A DNA stretch of 64,000 bases from Macrostomum hystrix (GCA_950097015.1 CATNEN010000038.1:1054001-1118000); one strand, 5' to 3'; positions 34,401 to 47,320 are shown, counted from the stretch's first letter. Numbers and translations: made by a program. Notes: generated by a model from the sequence alone, not told the origin.

Positions 34401-36067
34401 TCAAAGCAACTAATCCATATTCTCAAAGCCACTAATCCATATTCTCAAAGCAACTAATCCATATTCTCAAAGCCACTAATCCATATTCTCAAAGCAACTA
34501 ATCCATATTCTCAAAGCCACTAATCCATATTCTCAAAGCAACTAATCCATATTCTCAAAGCCACTAATCCAGATTCTCAAAGCAACTAATCCATATTCTC
34601 AAAGCGTCGGAATAACCTCAAAACGTCAGAATTTATTCAACGTGAAGATCACAGATTCTGAATTAAGCAATCGTGAATTCGAACCGTGGGTATTGGCGTA
34701 GGTGTCGGCTATCCAGCTCATCTCTCGCTCTCCTGTGCCCATATCTGGCGCTGGCACATCAACGCCGGGTCCAATGAAGCCCTTTTTGGCCAGCTCGACG
34801 GTGAATCGGCGGGTGATTTTCTCCAGCTCGTTCTCCGAGTATTCCTTGGGATTAACGGCCACGCCGGCTTTGGCGCCGCCGAATGGAACATCGACCACGG
34901 CGCACTTGTAGGTCATGAGGGCGGACAGGGCCATGACTTCGTTCTTGTTGACGTCCGGTGCGTAGCGAATGCCGCCTTTGCACGGAGTCCTGTGCAGCGA
35001 GTGCTGCGCCCGCCAGCCGCGAATGATTTCAAAGCGGCCGTCGTCGCGCCGAACCGGGAAGGTCACCTCCAGCACGTGGTTGCACGGCTTCACAATGCTG
35101 AGGATGCCGCGCACCTGAGGATTCAGAACAGCCAGCTACCTTATTTGATGCGAAAGGACAACTCTCACTGGGGATTTGGAGACAATTCTAACTGGGGATT
35201 TGAAGATGATTCTCACTGGGGATTTGGAGACAACTCTCACTGGGGATTTGGAGACAATTCTAACTGGGGATTTGAAGACTATTCTAACTGGGGATTTGGG
35301 GACGATTCTCACTGGGGATTTGGAGACAATTCTAACTGGGGATTTGAAGACTATTCTAACTGGGGATTTGGGGACGATTCTCACTGGGGATTTGGAGACA
35401 ATTCTAACTGGGGATTTGAAGACTATTCTAACTGGGGATTTGAAGATGATTCTCACTGGGGATTTGGGGACGATTCTCACTGGGGATTTGGGGACGATTC
35501 TCACTGGGGATTTGAAGACAATTCTAACTGGGGATTTGAAGATGATTCTCACTGGGGATTTGGGGACGATTCTCACTGGGGATTTGGGGACGATTCTCAC
35601 TGGGGATTTGGAGACAATTCTAACTGGGGATTTGAAGATGATTCTCACTGGGGATTTGGGGACGATTCTCACTGGGGATTTGGGGACGATTCTCACTGGG
35701 GATTTGGAGACAATTCTCACTGGGGATTTGGAGATGATTCTCACTGGGGATTTGGGGACGATTCTCACTGGGGATTTGGAGACGATTCTCACTGGGGATT
35801 TTGAGACGATTCTCACTGGGCCTAATATCTCCTAAGGGTGAAGGTCTCTAATTGACTGACCTTCTTTGTCCTCTCCTCCATGGACAGCTTTCCGGGCAGT
35901 TCGTCAATGAGCTTAGGCTCAAGCAGGGCGGCGGCTTTGTCAAAGAATTTTTCAACCATTTCAAAGAACGGTGGCTCGGAATCAGCACCAGCAGCGGCAG
36001 CGGAAGACAATGAGCGCAGGTGGCTGTGTGACAGACGCAGGCAACCCAGACGAAGCGAAGACAGCAT
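31403..36067 (-). CDS. GLUD1: Mitochondrial glutamate dehydrogenase, 5 exons
   Basis: Approximate exons: 36067-35861, 35114-34685, 33554-33466, 32646-32410, 32027-31403. Presequence [13 protein letters not shown]. Motifs [62 protein letters not shown] and [29 protein letters not shown] (animal antenna region). Confidence 0.96.
32055..32300. repeat. 28/30-bp minisatellite in GDH intron 4
   Basis: GACTAGGAGGCAATCGAATGGGATAAGT, about 8 copies. Confidence 0.93.
32660..33400. repeat. 21-bp minisatellite in GDH intron 3
   Basis: TGTAGGGAAATGGGATCAGTT variants, about 35 copies. Confidence 0.95.
33657..34605. repeat. 22-bp minisatellite in GDH intron 2
   Basis: AAAGCCACTAATCCAGATACTC variants with a ~219-bp higher-order block. 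Confidence 0.95.
35158..35820. repeat. 24-bp minisatellite in GDH intron 1
   Basis: TCACTGGGGATTTGGGGACGATTC variants, about 27 copies. Confidence 0.96.
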
Positions 36068-36963
36068 GTTTGTGCTTGTAGCTAATGAATAATGAGCAAA
36101 AAAATAAAACCAAATTTTGTGTATTTGTGATTGCCTGATGAACACCTAGGACAAGGTCGAACTTCTATATTTCTGAAATAATTGGTTTGATGAGAAGTCC
36201 ATAGTTTAGAGAACTTTTCCTTTAATTGTTGCATTTATCATATATAATTTATTTATAAATTCAACTTCTTAATACTCAGTAATTAGAAACAATACAAATA
36301 CCAATTCAAAGAATAACTTTATGTTTATTTTATTTAAATTATTTTAGCTATAGCTAGATACTAAATGTCTGACCTAGATACTCGATACTTGAACATGTTT
36401 GTAGTCTGCAGCTATACTTATTTTTACTGAGCAGTTCTTGTTGTACAAAAGCTATATGGTTTTTAAAAAAAATTCTCTTTTATAAGCTTTTTTTAAAGCC
36501 ACCAAGCCAAACAGTGTTCTATCTTTAGAAGAATGTATAGGAAATAATCTCTTAGTTTGTTGTGTTGAATTGTTACGTTTTTTATCAAGTTAAGGCATGA
36601 GAATTGATGATATATAGTCAATAGTAGTGCATAGCCCTGCCACAAAATAGGATTAGTGCATAGGCCCTATATAGCCCTATATAGCATAGCTAGCCTTGTT
36701 CCTCCAAATCTGAATGCAAACAAGCTAAATGGGATGTTAGAAACTATAGTTCATTGAATTATTTAATAGAAAATGAATAAAATGAATTACTTAACTTAAA
36801 TGTTGATACATATGACTTTTCATGTATGCTTGCTTGCTTGAGTTATATTAACAATTAACAGCAGGCTATAAATTGAAAAAACTGTACCATGACCTATGTG
36901 CATATTAGCATAGCTATAGTGCTTACACTGTAGGGTTTTGCACTTGAACAAAGAACTGATTTT

Positions 36964-37743
36964 GGCAATATTTTACTTCCGTTCGTTAAATTATTTTTTC
37001 TTTTGAAAATAACAGCTGACGACAAATAAACGTGTTTAACGGTGTTTAAAGGTAAAGACGGTCAGGAGTGTGGTCAGTAATTATGAAATGGTTAAATTAA
37101 ATTTGATTTATTTTGTATTATACTCTGAGTTTGAAAGACTTGTGCTGACGTGGCTGATGTGGCTGATATGCCATTGTGGAGGATAGGTCGGCGGCTACCC
37201 TGATGCCCATCCTGCAGCAACACATTCTGCCTGGGACCCGGATCCTGACCAACGGGTGGCTGGCGTACGCCGGCCTGCAGAATCACGCGTATGTCAACCA
37301 CCGGCTCCACTTTGTTGACCCAGCCGATCCTACTGTCCACACGAACACGATCGAGGGCACGTGGGCCCATGCGAAGGCCAAGCTGCGGCAAATGCACGGC
37401 ACAAGTGCGGCGCTGTTTGAGAGCCACCTCGAGGAGTTTTTGTGGCGCCGGCTGTATCCACACAACAGCTTCGGTGCCATCCTGTACTGGATCCGCCACT
37501 ACTATCCAGTTTGAGTCCGAGATGACAGCACGAGATGTTGAGATAAGATGAGAACATGAGAGATGACTCCTGACGGTTTCAGAACTGTTTCAGCTTCTGT
37601 TTCAGAACTCCTACCATTTCAAAAATCCTACCGTGTTACCGTTAATTGTTGTTACTGTTAAACACCGTTAAACACATTTATTTGTCGTCAGCTGTTATTT
37701 TCAAAAGAAAAAATAATTTAACGAACGGAAGTAAAAGATTGCC
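36964..37743 (+). mobile_element. Internally deleted Merlin (IS1595/ISXO2-related) DNA transposon
   Basis: ~85-bp TIRs starting GGCAAT(A/C)TTTTACTTCCGTTCG. Exact 8-bp TSD CTGATTTT. ORF 37176-37514 encodes a transposase C-terminal part (DRSAATL..I...ILPGT.ILTNGW.AY..L...VNH...FVDP...HTNTIEGTW...HLEEFLWR). Confidence 0.93.
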
Positions 37744-38736
37744 CTGATTTTACATTTACAATTGTAAAAGAAACCATACAAACACCACAAAAACATGCCA
37801 AACACTAAAAAACTAAACCCTACACTAAAGAAACAGCTAGCTATTTAATAAAATAGCTATGATTTCATAGCTATATAGCCATGCCCATACATACCCATGT
37901 ACTCAGTCTCTGTTGAAAATTTTTGTTCATCACATGTAAACCCAACGTATCTAGTAAGCTGAATTAAAAAACTGGTGCTTTTTTTTCATTTTTTAGAACA
38001 GGCAATGTTTAGTTAACTAAAAGTAATAAATAACTTATGGCTACCTATATATTACTGATAACATAATTACATACCACACAACACAATAAAAAGCAAAGCA
38101 AAAAACCTCACGTCGGCCATCAAGCCGATTTAGATACATTATACTACGAAAAACTGTTAAAAGGAACTAGATTAACGTCCAGTACAGCTAAAGGTCAAAT
38201 ACAAAAACTAAAACAATCCATCATGACATTCATTGTCATCAGTTAACACACTGTCAGTGACAATATTTTAAAATCGTAATGGAAAGCTAAATTAAACAGT
38301 GCGATTTTCTCCAAATAAACAAATTAAATCAATTTTCTCGTTATAGCCAGGAAGCTTCAGACAAACAAATAGTTATTACAACAGTTAAGCACATATTTTA
38401 TTTAATATAACCTTGTTGTTTTATGTTATACACTTTCTTAATTTCGTACTTATTCAATGCAATATAAAATGCGCTCAAAGTTAGTGAAAATGACATTAGT
38501 GGACTAATACTAATACTTTTAGTAAATTTTGCACATATATTTTTGCACATTTTTTCATTTGATTCGTCTTTTTTTATTCCCATTTTTATCTGTGGGAAAG
38601 GAAAGTACAAAATTTGTTAGTGCGTTTCTATTGCTTGCTGAAGTAATCGTATCTTCATAAATTTTTGAAAAGCGATATCAACCAGTCATTTGATATCATT
38701 CGATTTGTCATCGTATAATTTGACTGAAAAGCTACT

Positions 38737-41700
38737 ATGATTGCAGGAAACAGCAAAAAAGTCTTAGCACTTTCATTAATAGTATTTGGCGTTCTAGCCT
38801 TTCTTGGCTATGGAAACTACATGAAACAATCTCAGATAAATTCGCTCAACCGTAAAGTCAACGATGAGGATATCTTTTACAAAGAAATCGCTCATAAATA
38901 CCAAGGTAATGCACTTCGTTTACCAAATCTCAATTAAAGATTTGAGGCTTAATTCCTATTTACTACATTTATTGTTAGTACAATTATAAGTCGCTCTGTG
39001 CATGTGATCCTTCAGACTGTCTCAAAGGCAATTCTGAATGGGGCGGCCGATACGATGACTTGCGCCGGTATTCAGAGGATTTGAAAAGCCGTAAGTTGCG
39101 ATCGATCACTCTTTAACAAAAGCAGGAGCATGTGGCTAAAATTAACTGGTTCGCTTCAAGCTAAAAGAGATAATGAGCTCGGAAACGTTTGAATGCAGTT
39201 TTTTATTGACGCAGGTAACAGGCTCCGTTACCGTATATGCGAGCACATTAAAGATACGTGCACAGACGTCCCTCTCCTTCATTTCCAATCGTGAATTACC
39301 TTAGTTTCTACCCAGCTATGATGATGGTACCTGTTTTACAGTTGGCTGTACTGAAGTGATTGACAATTAAAAAGGTACGCATTTTTTCATTTTTGGATAA
39401 GACTCGAACCCCTGACCAGCTGTATAGAAGGAGTCCGAAGTTCTATAAACCAACTGCTATACTGCATGGGCCTTATCAACTGCGTTTAGCTCCACTTAAG
39501 CCGAACTCCCATGTGTAAGCCAGAAGATGCAGCAATATGCGTGTGGTACCAACAACAACTATTCCACCATTAACTCAGAGTATAAGGGCATGCAGATTTG
39601 CCGATGCTACAAAATCACCGCAGCTGTTACCAATGCATTCGGCATTAATATAATCCCCTGCCATAAGAAGGTACAGTCTTATAAAGTGGTATAGTTTGTA
39701 GGGCTGAGGCAGAAATATGAGAAAAATGGTTGAGACGAAGATTAGTTTTTTAGGTTCCATATAGATTTTGATCTAGGCTGCCAGTTATTCAAGTTCTAGA
39801 ATTGACTTTTCGTGTTCGCTCTCGTCTGTTTTTAATTTATTATACTCGTACGAGTATAATATGCTTGTTGCTTGTTGTTGACGCTCTTAGCTGCCTAGGA
39901 ACTGTATCGACAGTCAAAGTCGGAGCTGTATCGACAGTCAAAGTCGGAGCTGTATCGACAGTCATATTCGGAGCTGTATCGATAGCCGTAGTAGGAGCTG
40001 TATCGATAGCCGTAGTAGGAGCTGTATCGATAGCCGTAGTCGGAGCAGTATCGACAGTCATATTCGGAGCTGTATCGATAGCCGTAGTAGGAGCTGTATC
40101 GATAGCCGTAGTAGAAGCTGTATCGATAGCCGTAGTAGGAGCTGTATCGATAGCCGTAGTAGAAGCTGTATCGATAGCCGTAGTAGAAGCTGTATCGATA
40201 GCCGTAGTAGAAGCTGTATCGATAGCCGTAGTAGGAGCTGTATCGATAGTCGTAGTAGGAGCTGTATTGATAGTCGTAGTAGGAGCTGTATCGATAGTTA
40301 TAGTAGGAACTGTATTGATAGTCGTAGTAGGAGCTGTATCGATAGTCGTAGTAGGAGCTGTATTGATAGTCGTAGTAGGAGCTGTATCGATAGCCGTAGT
40401 AGGAACTGTATTGACAGTCATATTCGGAGCTGTATCGACAGTCATATTCGGAGCTGTATCGATAGTCGAAGTAGGAGCTGTATCGATAGCCGTAGTAGGA
40501 GCAGTATCGATAGTCGAAGTCGGAGCTGTATCGACAGTCATATTCGGAGCTGTATCGATAGCCGTAGTAGGAGCTGTATCGATAGTCGAAGTTGGAGCTG
40601 TATCGATAGTCGAAGTCGGAGCTGTATCGACAGTCATATTCGGAGCTGTATCGATAGCCGTAGTAGGAGCTGTATCGATAGCCGTAGTAGGAGCTGTATC
40701 GATAGTCGTAGTAGGAGCTGTATTGATAGTCGTAGTAGGAGCTGTATCGATAGCCGTAGTAGGAGCTGTATTGATAGTCGTAGTAGGAGCTGTATCGATA
40801 GCCGTAGTAGGAGCTGTATCAATAGCCGTAGTAGGAGCTGTATTGATAGTCGTAGTAGGAGCTGTATCGATAGTCGAAGTCGGAGCTGTATCGACAGTCA
40901 TATTCGGAGCTGTATCGATAGCCGTAGTAGGAGCTGTATTGTAGTCGTAGTAGGAGCTGTATCGATAGCCGTAGTAGGAGCTGTATTGATAGTCGTAGTA
41001 GGAGCTGTATCGATAGTCATAGTAGGAACTGTATTGATAGTCGTAGTAGCTAGAGCTGTATCGACAGTCGTAGTAGGAGCTGTATTGATAGTCGTAGTAG
41101 GAGCTGTATCGATAGCCGTAGTAGGAACTGTATTGACAGTCATATTCGGAGCTGTATCGACAGTCATATTCGGAGCTGTATCGATAGTCGAAGTAGGAGC
41201 TGTATCGATAGCCGTAGTAGGAGCTGTATCGATAGTCGAAGTCGGAGCTGTATCGACAGTCATATTCGGAGCTGTATCGATAGCCGTAGTAGGAGCTGTA
41301 TCGATAGTCGAAGTTGGAGCTGTATCGATAGTCGAAGTCGGAGCTGTATCGACAGTCATATTCGGAGCTGTATCGATAGCCGTAGTAGGAGCTGTATCGA
41401 TAGCCGTAGTAGGAGCTGTATCGATAGTCGTAGTAGGAGCTGTATTGATAGTCGTAGTAGGAGCTGTATCGATAGCCGTAGTAGGAACTGTATTGACAGT
41501 CGTAGTAGGAGCTGTATCGATAGCCGTAGTAGGAGCTGTATTGACAGTCGTAGTAGGAGCTGTATCGATAGCCGTAGTAGGAACTGTATTGATAATCGTA
41601 GTAGGAGCAGTATCGATAGTCGAAGTAGGAGCTGTATCGATAGCCGTAGTAGGAACTGTATTGATAATCGTAGTAGGAGCTGTATTGATAGTCGTAGTAG

Positions 41701-43024
41701 GAGCTGTATTGATAATCGTAGTAGGAGCTGTATTGATAGTCGTAGTAGGAGCTGTATCGATAGCCGTAGTAGGAACTGTATTGATAGTCGTAGTAGGAGC
41801 TGTATTGATAATCGTAGTAGGAACTGTATTGATAGTCGTAGTAGGAGCTGTATTGATAATCGTAGTAGGAGCTGTATTGATAGTCGTAGTAGGAGCTGTA
41901 CCGATAGCCGTAGTAGGAGCTGTATTGATAGTCGTAGTAGGAGCTGTATTGACAGTCGTAGTAGGAGCTGTACCGATAGCCGTAGTAGGAGCTGTATTGA
42001 TAGTCGTAGTAGGAGCTGTATCGATAGCCGTAGCAGGAACTGTATTGATAGTCGTAGTAGGAACTGTATTGACAGTCGTAGTAGGAGCTGTACCGATAGC
42101 CGTAGTAGGAGCTGTATTGATAGTCGTAGTAGGAGCTGTATCGATAGCCGTAGTAGGAACTGTATTGATAGTCGTAGTAGGAGCTGTATCGATAGCCGTA
42201 GTAGGAACTGTATTGATAGTCGTAGTAGGAGCTGTATCGATAGCCGTAGCAGGAACTGTATTGATAGTCGTAGTAGGAACTGTATTGACAGTCGTAGTAG
42301 GAGCTGTACCGATAGCCGTAGTAGGAGCTGTATTGATAGTCGTAGTAGGAGCTGTATCGATAGCCGTAGTAGGAACTGTATTGATAGTCGTAGTAGGAGC
42401 TGTATCGATAGCCGTAGTAGGAGCTGTATCGATAGCCGTAGCAGGAACTGTATTGATAGTCGTAGTAGGAACTGTATTGACAGTCGTAGTAGGAGCTGTA
42501 CCGATAGCCGTAGTAGGAGCTGTATTGATAGTCGTAGTAGGAGCTGTACCGATAGCCGTAGTAGGAGCTGTATTGATAGTCGTAGTAGGAGCTGTATCGA
42601 TAGCCGTAGATACCCGGTCGTGATACTGGTTTCCAGGAATCATGGTGCAGAGAATTTCAGCACAGAATCATCTTGAAATCAGCCACCCCCACCAATCCGG
42701 TGCTGTTGCACCCACGCAGGCCTCGAATCGCAAAGAGAGGAGCGAAAGAAATCAGAGAAGCAGCTCGAAGATTCCCTGCAAGCAGCCAAGAGCCGTGTCG
42801 AACTGCTCGAAGGCCAAGTGAAATCTCTGACAGTCCAGAAGCTGCAGCAAGGGGCTCCTGAGGACGACAAAGGGTCCAAGGAGCTGGTGCAGTCCCTGAG
42901 GGCTCAGCTAGAGGAGCTGAAGCAAAGGCTCCAAACAGCGACTTCAGTGAAGAGTTCAGAGCCTCACCCAATTGGATCAGCAGCGCTTGTCGCAGCTCCG
43001 ACCAAGGCGGAGAAAAAGAACTAG
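38737..43024 (+). CDS. Predicted type II membrane or signal-anchored coiled-coil protein (about 157 aa if 2 exons), family not recognised
   Basis: Exon 38737-38905 (MIAGNSKK + hydrophobic helix, phase-1 donor GTAATG) joins in phase to 42720-43024 (GLESQREERKKSEKQLEDSLQAAKSRVELLEGQVKSL...LRAQLEELKQRL). Extra internal exons are not excluded. Confidence 0.65.
39898..42610. repeat. 21-bp minisatellite (GTAGGAGCTGTATCGATAGCC variants), 2.7 kb, intronic
   Basis: 21-nt period with internal block duplications. Confidence 0.96.
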
Positions 43025-43414
43025 ATCGAACACGATGCGCTCTTTGTTGATGCATATTGCTCCTCAGTCTGTGCTGTAGTTCTAGTCCATTATCCGCTGC
43101 ATACTTGTACTCGCACTGTAGATTAACCTATGACTAGAACTTCATTTCCTTACGGTCAGGTCAAGGCTCGTGAATCTCAAGTTCACCTAAAATCTTGTAC
43201 ACCTTTTACTTTAGTCGGTGGCGTCGTCCTTTTTTGTTGCTTGGGTGACCGTTTCTATGCTAAATTTCCGTTTCAATTAAACTTTTCCTGAGCAAAACAG
43301 TTTTCTGTCAGAAGTCTTCCTTTTCTATTTCAAGTAGAGATCCTGGCCTTTTGTGCCTGCTTAAATTCAACGCAATTCAGCTGCTAGTTCCTAGAATTTT
43401 AAAACCATTATTAC

Positions 43415-43850
43415 TCTGCCTACGCTGTCTCCCTCTGCCTACGCTGTCTCCCTCTGCCTACGCTGTCTCCCTCTGCCTACGCTGTCTCCCTCTGCCTACG
43501 CTGTCTCCCTCTGCCTACCCTGTCTCTCTCTGCCTACCCTGTCTCCCTCTGCCTATCCTGTCTCCCTCTGCCTACCCTGTCTCCCTCTGCCTACGCTGTC
43601 TCCCTCTGCCTACCCTGTCTCCCTCTGCCTACGCTGTCTCCCTCTGCCTACGCTGTCTCCCTCTGCCTCGCTGTCTCCCTCTGCCTACGCTGTCTCCCTC
43701 TGCCTACGCTGTCTCCCTCTGCCTACCCTGTCTCCCTCTGCCTACCCTGTCTCCCTCTGCCTACGCTGTCTCCCTCTGCCTACCCTGTCTCCCTCTGCCT
43801 ACCCTGTCTCCCTCTGCCTACCCTGTCTCCCTCTGCCTACCCTGTCTCCG
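43415..43850. repeat. 19-bp minisatellite (CCTACGCTGTCTCCCTCTG)
   Basis: About 23 copies. Confidence 0.95.
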
Positions 43851-44040
43851 AGCGTAAGCCTTTATGCGATCCTGCTTGGTCATAACTTGTATTTAGCAAG
43901 ACTTTTTTCTGTCACAATTGTCTTTCGTTTCTACTGTAAGTAGAAATCGCAACTTTTTGTGACAAGTTAAAATTCAGATCGTGTTGAATATTTTTTTAAG
44001 AGTTCGCTGTAGTTTATGTACTTGCAGTTGTACTTGCAGC

Positions 44041-44285
44041 TTCTCCCCTCCTCACCCTAGTTCTCCCCTCCTCACTCTACCTCTCCCCTCCTCACTCTAC
44101 CTCTCCCCTCCTCACTCTACCTCTCCCCTCCTCACTCTACCTCTCCCCTCCTCACCCTAGTTCTCCCCTCCTCACTCTACCTCTCCCATCCTCACTCCAC
44201 ATCTCCTCTCCTCACCCTAGTTCTCCCCTCCTCACTCTACCTCTCCCATCCTCACTCCACATCTCCCATCCTCATCTCGTCTCCT
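44041..44285. repeat. 20-bp pyrimidine-rich minisatellite (CTCTCCCCTCCTCACTCTAC)
   Basis: About 12 copies. Confidence 0.93.
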
Positions 44286-44608
44286 CAGTAAAACTCATTT
44301 TATCTTCACTCCTGTCAGTTAGCGACAACCTCAAAATCCGCAGGCCGTCAGGTCAGGTGATATATTGAATGCTCTCCAGTAGCGACTCTGTGTGTGTGCG
44401 TGAGTGCGCGTTCTGTTAGAAAAATTATTTTTAGTCTCTAACTGAGCATTTTTACAATTCAACAATTAAATTAGATTTGCTGCTCACGGTTGTAAAACAG
44501 AAATTTTATTGCTCAATTGAGTCGCAAACCTGAGTTGGCATGGAGTCCAAGCGGAATCTGCTTCTAGCACGCTTTAAACACGTTTTGTTCCCACCCACGA
44601 CGCGCGTC

Positions 44609-44624
44609 GGTTGCTATAGCAACC
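44609..44624. promoter_or_regulatory. Palindromic RFX X-box-like site GGTTGCTATAGCAACC
   Basis: Perfect 16-bp palindrome close to the canonical GTTGCCATGGCAAC. Target gene not identified. Confidence 0.4.
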
Positions 44625-44999
44625 ATGCGCATAGTCCCTATGCCTATCTCTGTTTTTGAGATTCATTGCAATTATTTATACTCGTAAAAAAATTTGTCTT
44701 GAAATCTAGGAATGAATTCTTCATCCACCAGTTCCATCACATCCACATTCCCTTCACTTCACTTCCATTCACAATGAGTTGCACAAGAACAATGACGTGT
44801 TTTTGGAGGGGGGTGAGTATAATACATTTCCGTGACAACAACTCCGCCAAACTTGCCTGCTTTTTACCCAACAAAAAAGATTTGATTTGATTTGCAAGCG
44901 TGAGAAAATCAGTGCTAACTAGTCTGAAATCTGGCACTTTCACATTTATTTTCACTCTATTTCACAACACACTTGAAATCCTGTACCATTTGTCTACAA

Positions 45000-46170
45000 C
45001 TCTCTGCTTGTCTCCCCTTCTCTGCCTACTCTGTCTCCCTCTCTCTGCCTACTCTGTCTCCCTCTCTCTGCCTACTCTGTCTCCCCTTCTCTGCCTACTC
45101 TGTCTCCCTCTCTCTGCCTACTCTGTCTCCCCTTCTCTGCCTACTCTGTCTCCCTCTCTCTGCCTACTCTGTCTCCCTCTCTCTGCCTACTCTGTCTCCC
45201 TCTCTCTGCCTACTCTGTCTCCCTCTCTCTGCCTACTCTGTCTCCCTCTCTCTGCCTACTCTGTCTCCCTCTCTCTGCCTACTCTGTCTCCCTCTCTCTG
45301 CCTACTCTGTCTCCCTCTCTCTGCCTACTCTGTCTCCCTCTCTCTGCCTACTCTGTCTCCCTCTCTCTGCCTACTCTGTCTCCCTCTCTCTGCCTACTGT
45401 GTCTCATCTCTCTCTGCCTACTGTGTCTCATCTCTCTCTGCCTACTCTGTCTCATCTCTCTCTGCCTACTCTGTCTCATCTCTCTGCCTACTCTGTCTCC
45501 CTCTCTCTGCCTACTCTGTCTCCCTCTCTCTGCCTACTCTGTCTCCCTCTCTCTGCCTACTCTGTCTCCCTCTCTCTGCCTACTCTGTCTCCCTCTCTCT
45601 GCCTACTCTGTCTCCCTCTCTCTGCCTACTCTGTCTCATCTCTCTCTGCCTACTATGTCTCCCCTTCTCTGCCTACTCTGTCTCCCTCTCTCTGCCTACT
45701 CTGTCTCCCTCTCTCTGCCTACTCTGTCTCCCTCTCTCTGCCTACTCTGTCTCCCTCTCTCTGCCTACTCTGTCTCCCTCTCTCTGCCTACTCTGTCTCC
45801 CTCTCTCTGCCTACTCTGTCTCCCTCTCTCTGCCTACTCTGTCTCCCTCTCTCTGCCTACTCTGTCTCCCTCTCTCTGCCTACTCTGTCTCCCTCTCTCT
45901 GCCTACTCTGTCTCCCTCTCTCTGCCTACTCTGTCTCCCTCTCTCTGCCTACTGTGTCTCATCTCTCTCTGCCTACTGTGTCTCATCTCTCTCTGCCTAC
46001 TCTGTCTCATCTCTCTCTGCCTACTCTGTCTCATCTCTCTGCCTACTCTGTCTCCCTCTCTCTGCCTACTCTGTCTCCCTCTCTCTGCCTACTCTGTCTT
46101 CCTCTCTCTGCCTACTCTGTCTCCCTCTCTCTGCCTACTTTGTCACCTTCTCTCTGCCTACTCTGTCTGT
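45000..46170. repeat. 23-bp minisatellite (CTCTCTCTGCCTACTCTGTCTCC)
   Basis: About 50 copies; related to the 19-bp array at 43415. Confidence 0.96.
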
Positions 46171-46702
46171 AAGAAGCAGAACAAAACAATGCCAAAATCT
46201 GTTATTGACAATGCGAGGCAAATTTTCCACGAAATTGAATTAGCTCGTTGCACAATTTCCTGAGTCAGTTGGTTGCTGGTGAAAGTTCAAATTGTCTACA
46301 TAGAGCTCACCTTCTCTCAGTGATTTCTGTCTATTAGACCGACGCAATAGCAACTAATTGCATTCACATGGCCAGGGCATTATTGCTGTGGAAGTGGATT
46401 TTGGTTGTCATGGTTACAAAACAATGGGTGCTTTTTAGCAATCTTCATTCCCATCCAACTCGCGCCATGGCATTGTACTCAACTCTGGCTAGCTCAGCCT
46501 TGCATGTCTGTCTTAGATTCACAATCATTTAATAAATACTTTTCTGACAGAAAAACAATCCATTAGTGCATGTTAGTCTGTTTAGTGAGGGTCAAGAGAA
46601 CAAGTACACTACCGCATAGGAGGGCCATGTCAATGGCGGCGAAAAAGTTAACCGAATTAACAAAACTGTTTGCTCTTCACTGACGATGTAAACAGTCAGT
46701 GA

Positions 46703-47320
46703 AGACACGGGAGAGATGAGACAGGGGAGAGATGAGATACGGGGGAGATGAGATACGGGAGAGATGAGACACGGGAGAGATGAGATACGGGAGAGATGAG
46801 ACACGGGAGAGATGAGATACGGGGGAGATGAGATACGGGAGAGATGAGACACGGGAGAGATGAGACACGGGAGAGATGAGACACGGGAGAGATGAGACAC
46901 AGGAGAGATGAGACAGGGAGAGATGAGGCACGGGAGAGATGAGACACGGAAGAGAGAGGAGAAACGGGAGAGATGAGACACGGGAAAGATGAGACACGGG
47001 AGAGATGAGATACGGGGGAGATGAGATACGGGAGAGATGAGACACGGGAGAGATGAGACACGGGAGAGATGAGACACGGGAGAGATGAGACACAGGAGAG
47101 ATGAGACAGGGAGAGATGAGGCACGGGAGAGATGAGACACGGAAGAGAGAGGAGAAACGGGAGAGATGAGACACGGGAAAGATGAGGCACGGGAGAGATG
47201 AGACACAGGAGAGATGAGACACGGAATAGATGAGACACGGGAGAGATGAGACACGGGAAAGATGAGACACAGGAGAGATGAGACAAGGGAGAGATGAGAC
47301 AAGGGAGAGATGAGACAGGG
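46703..47320. repeat. 16-bp purine-rich minisatellite (GATGAGACACGGGAGA)
   Basis: About 38 copies. Confidence 0.95.

Noticed and set aside
34686-35835. (DDSHWGFG)n 372-aa ORF and related frames
   Set aside because: Antisense read-through of GDH exon 2 plus the 24-bp intronic array.
39840-42643. Long mucin-like (TTAIDTAP)n and hydrophobic (AVSIAVVG)n ORFs
   Set aside because: They are translations of a stop-free 21-bp minisatellite. There is no signal peptide, a frameshift near 40940, and the array lies inside an intron of the + strand gene.
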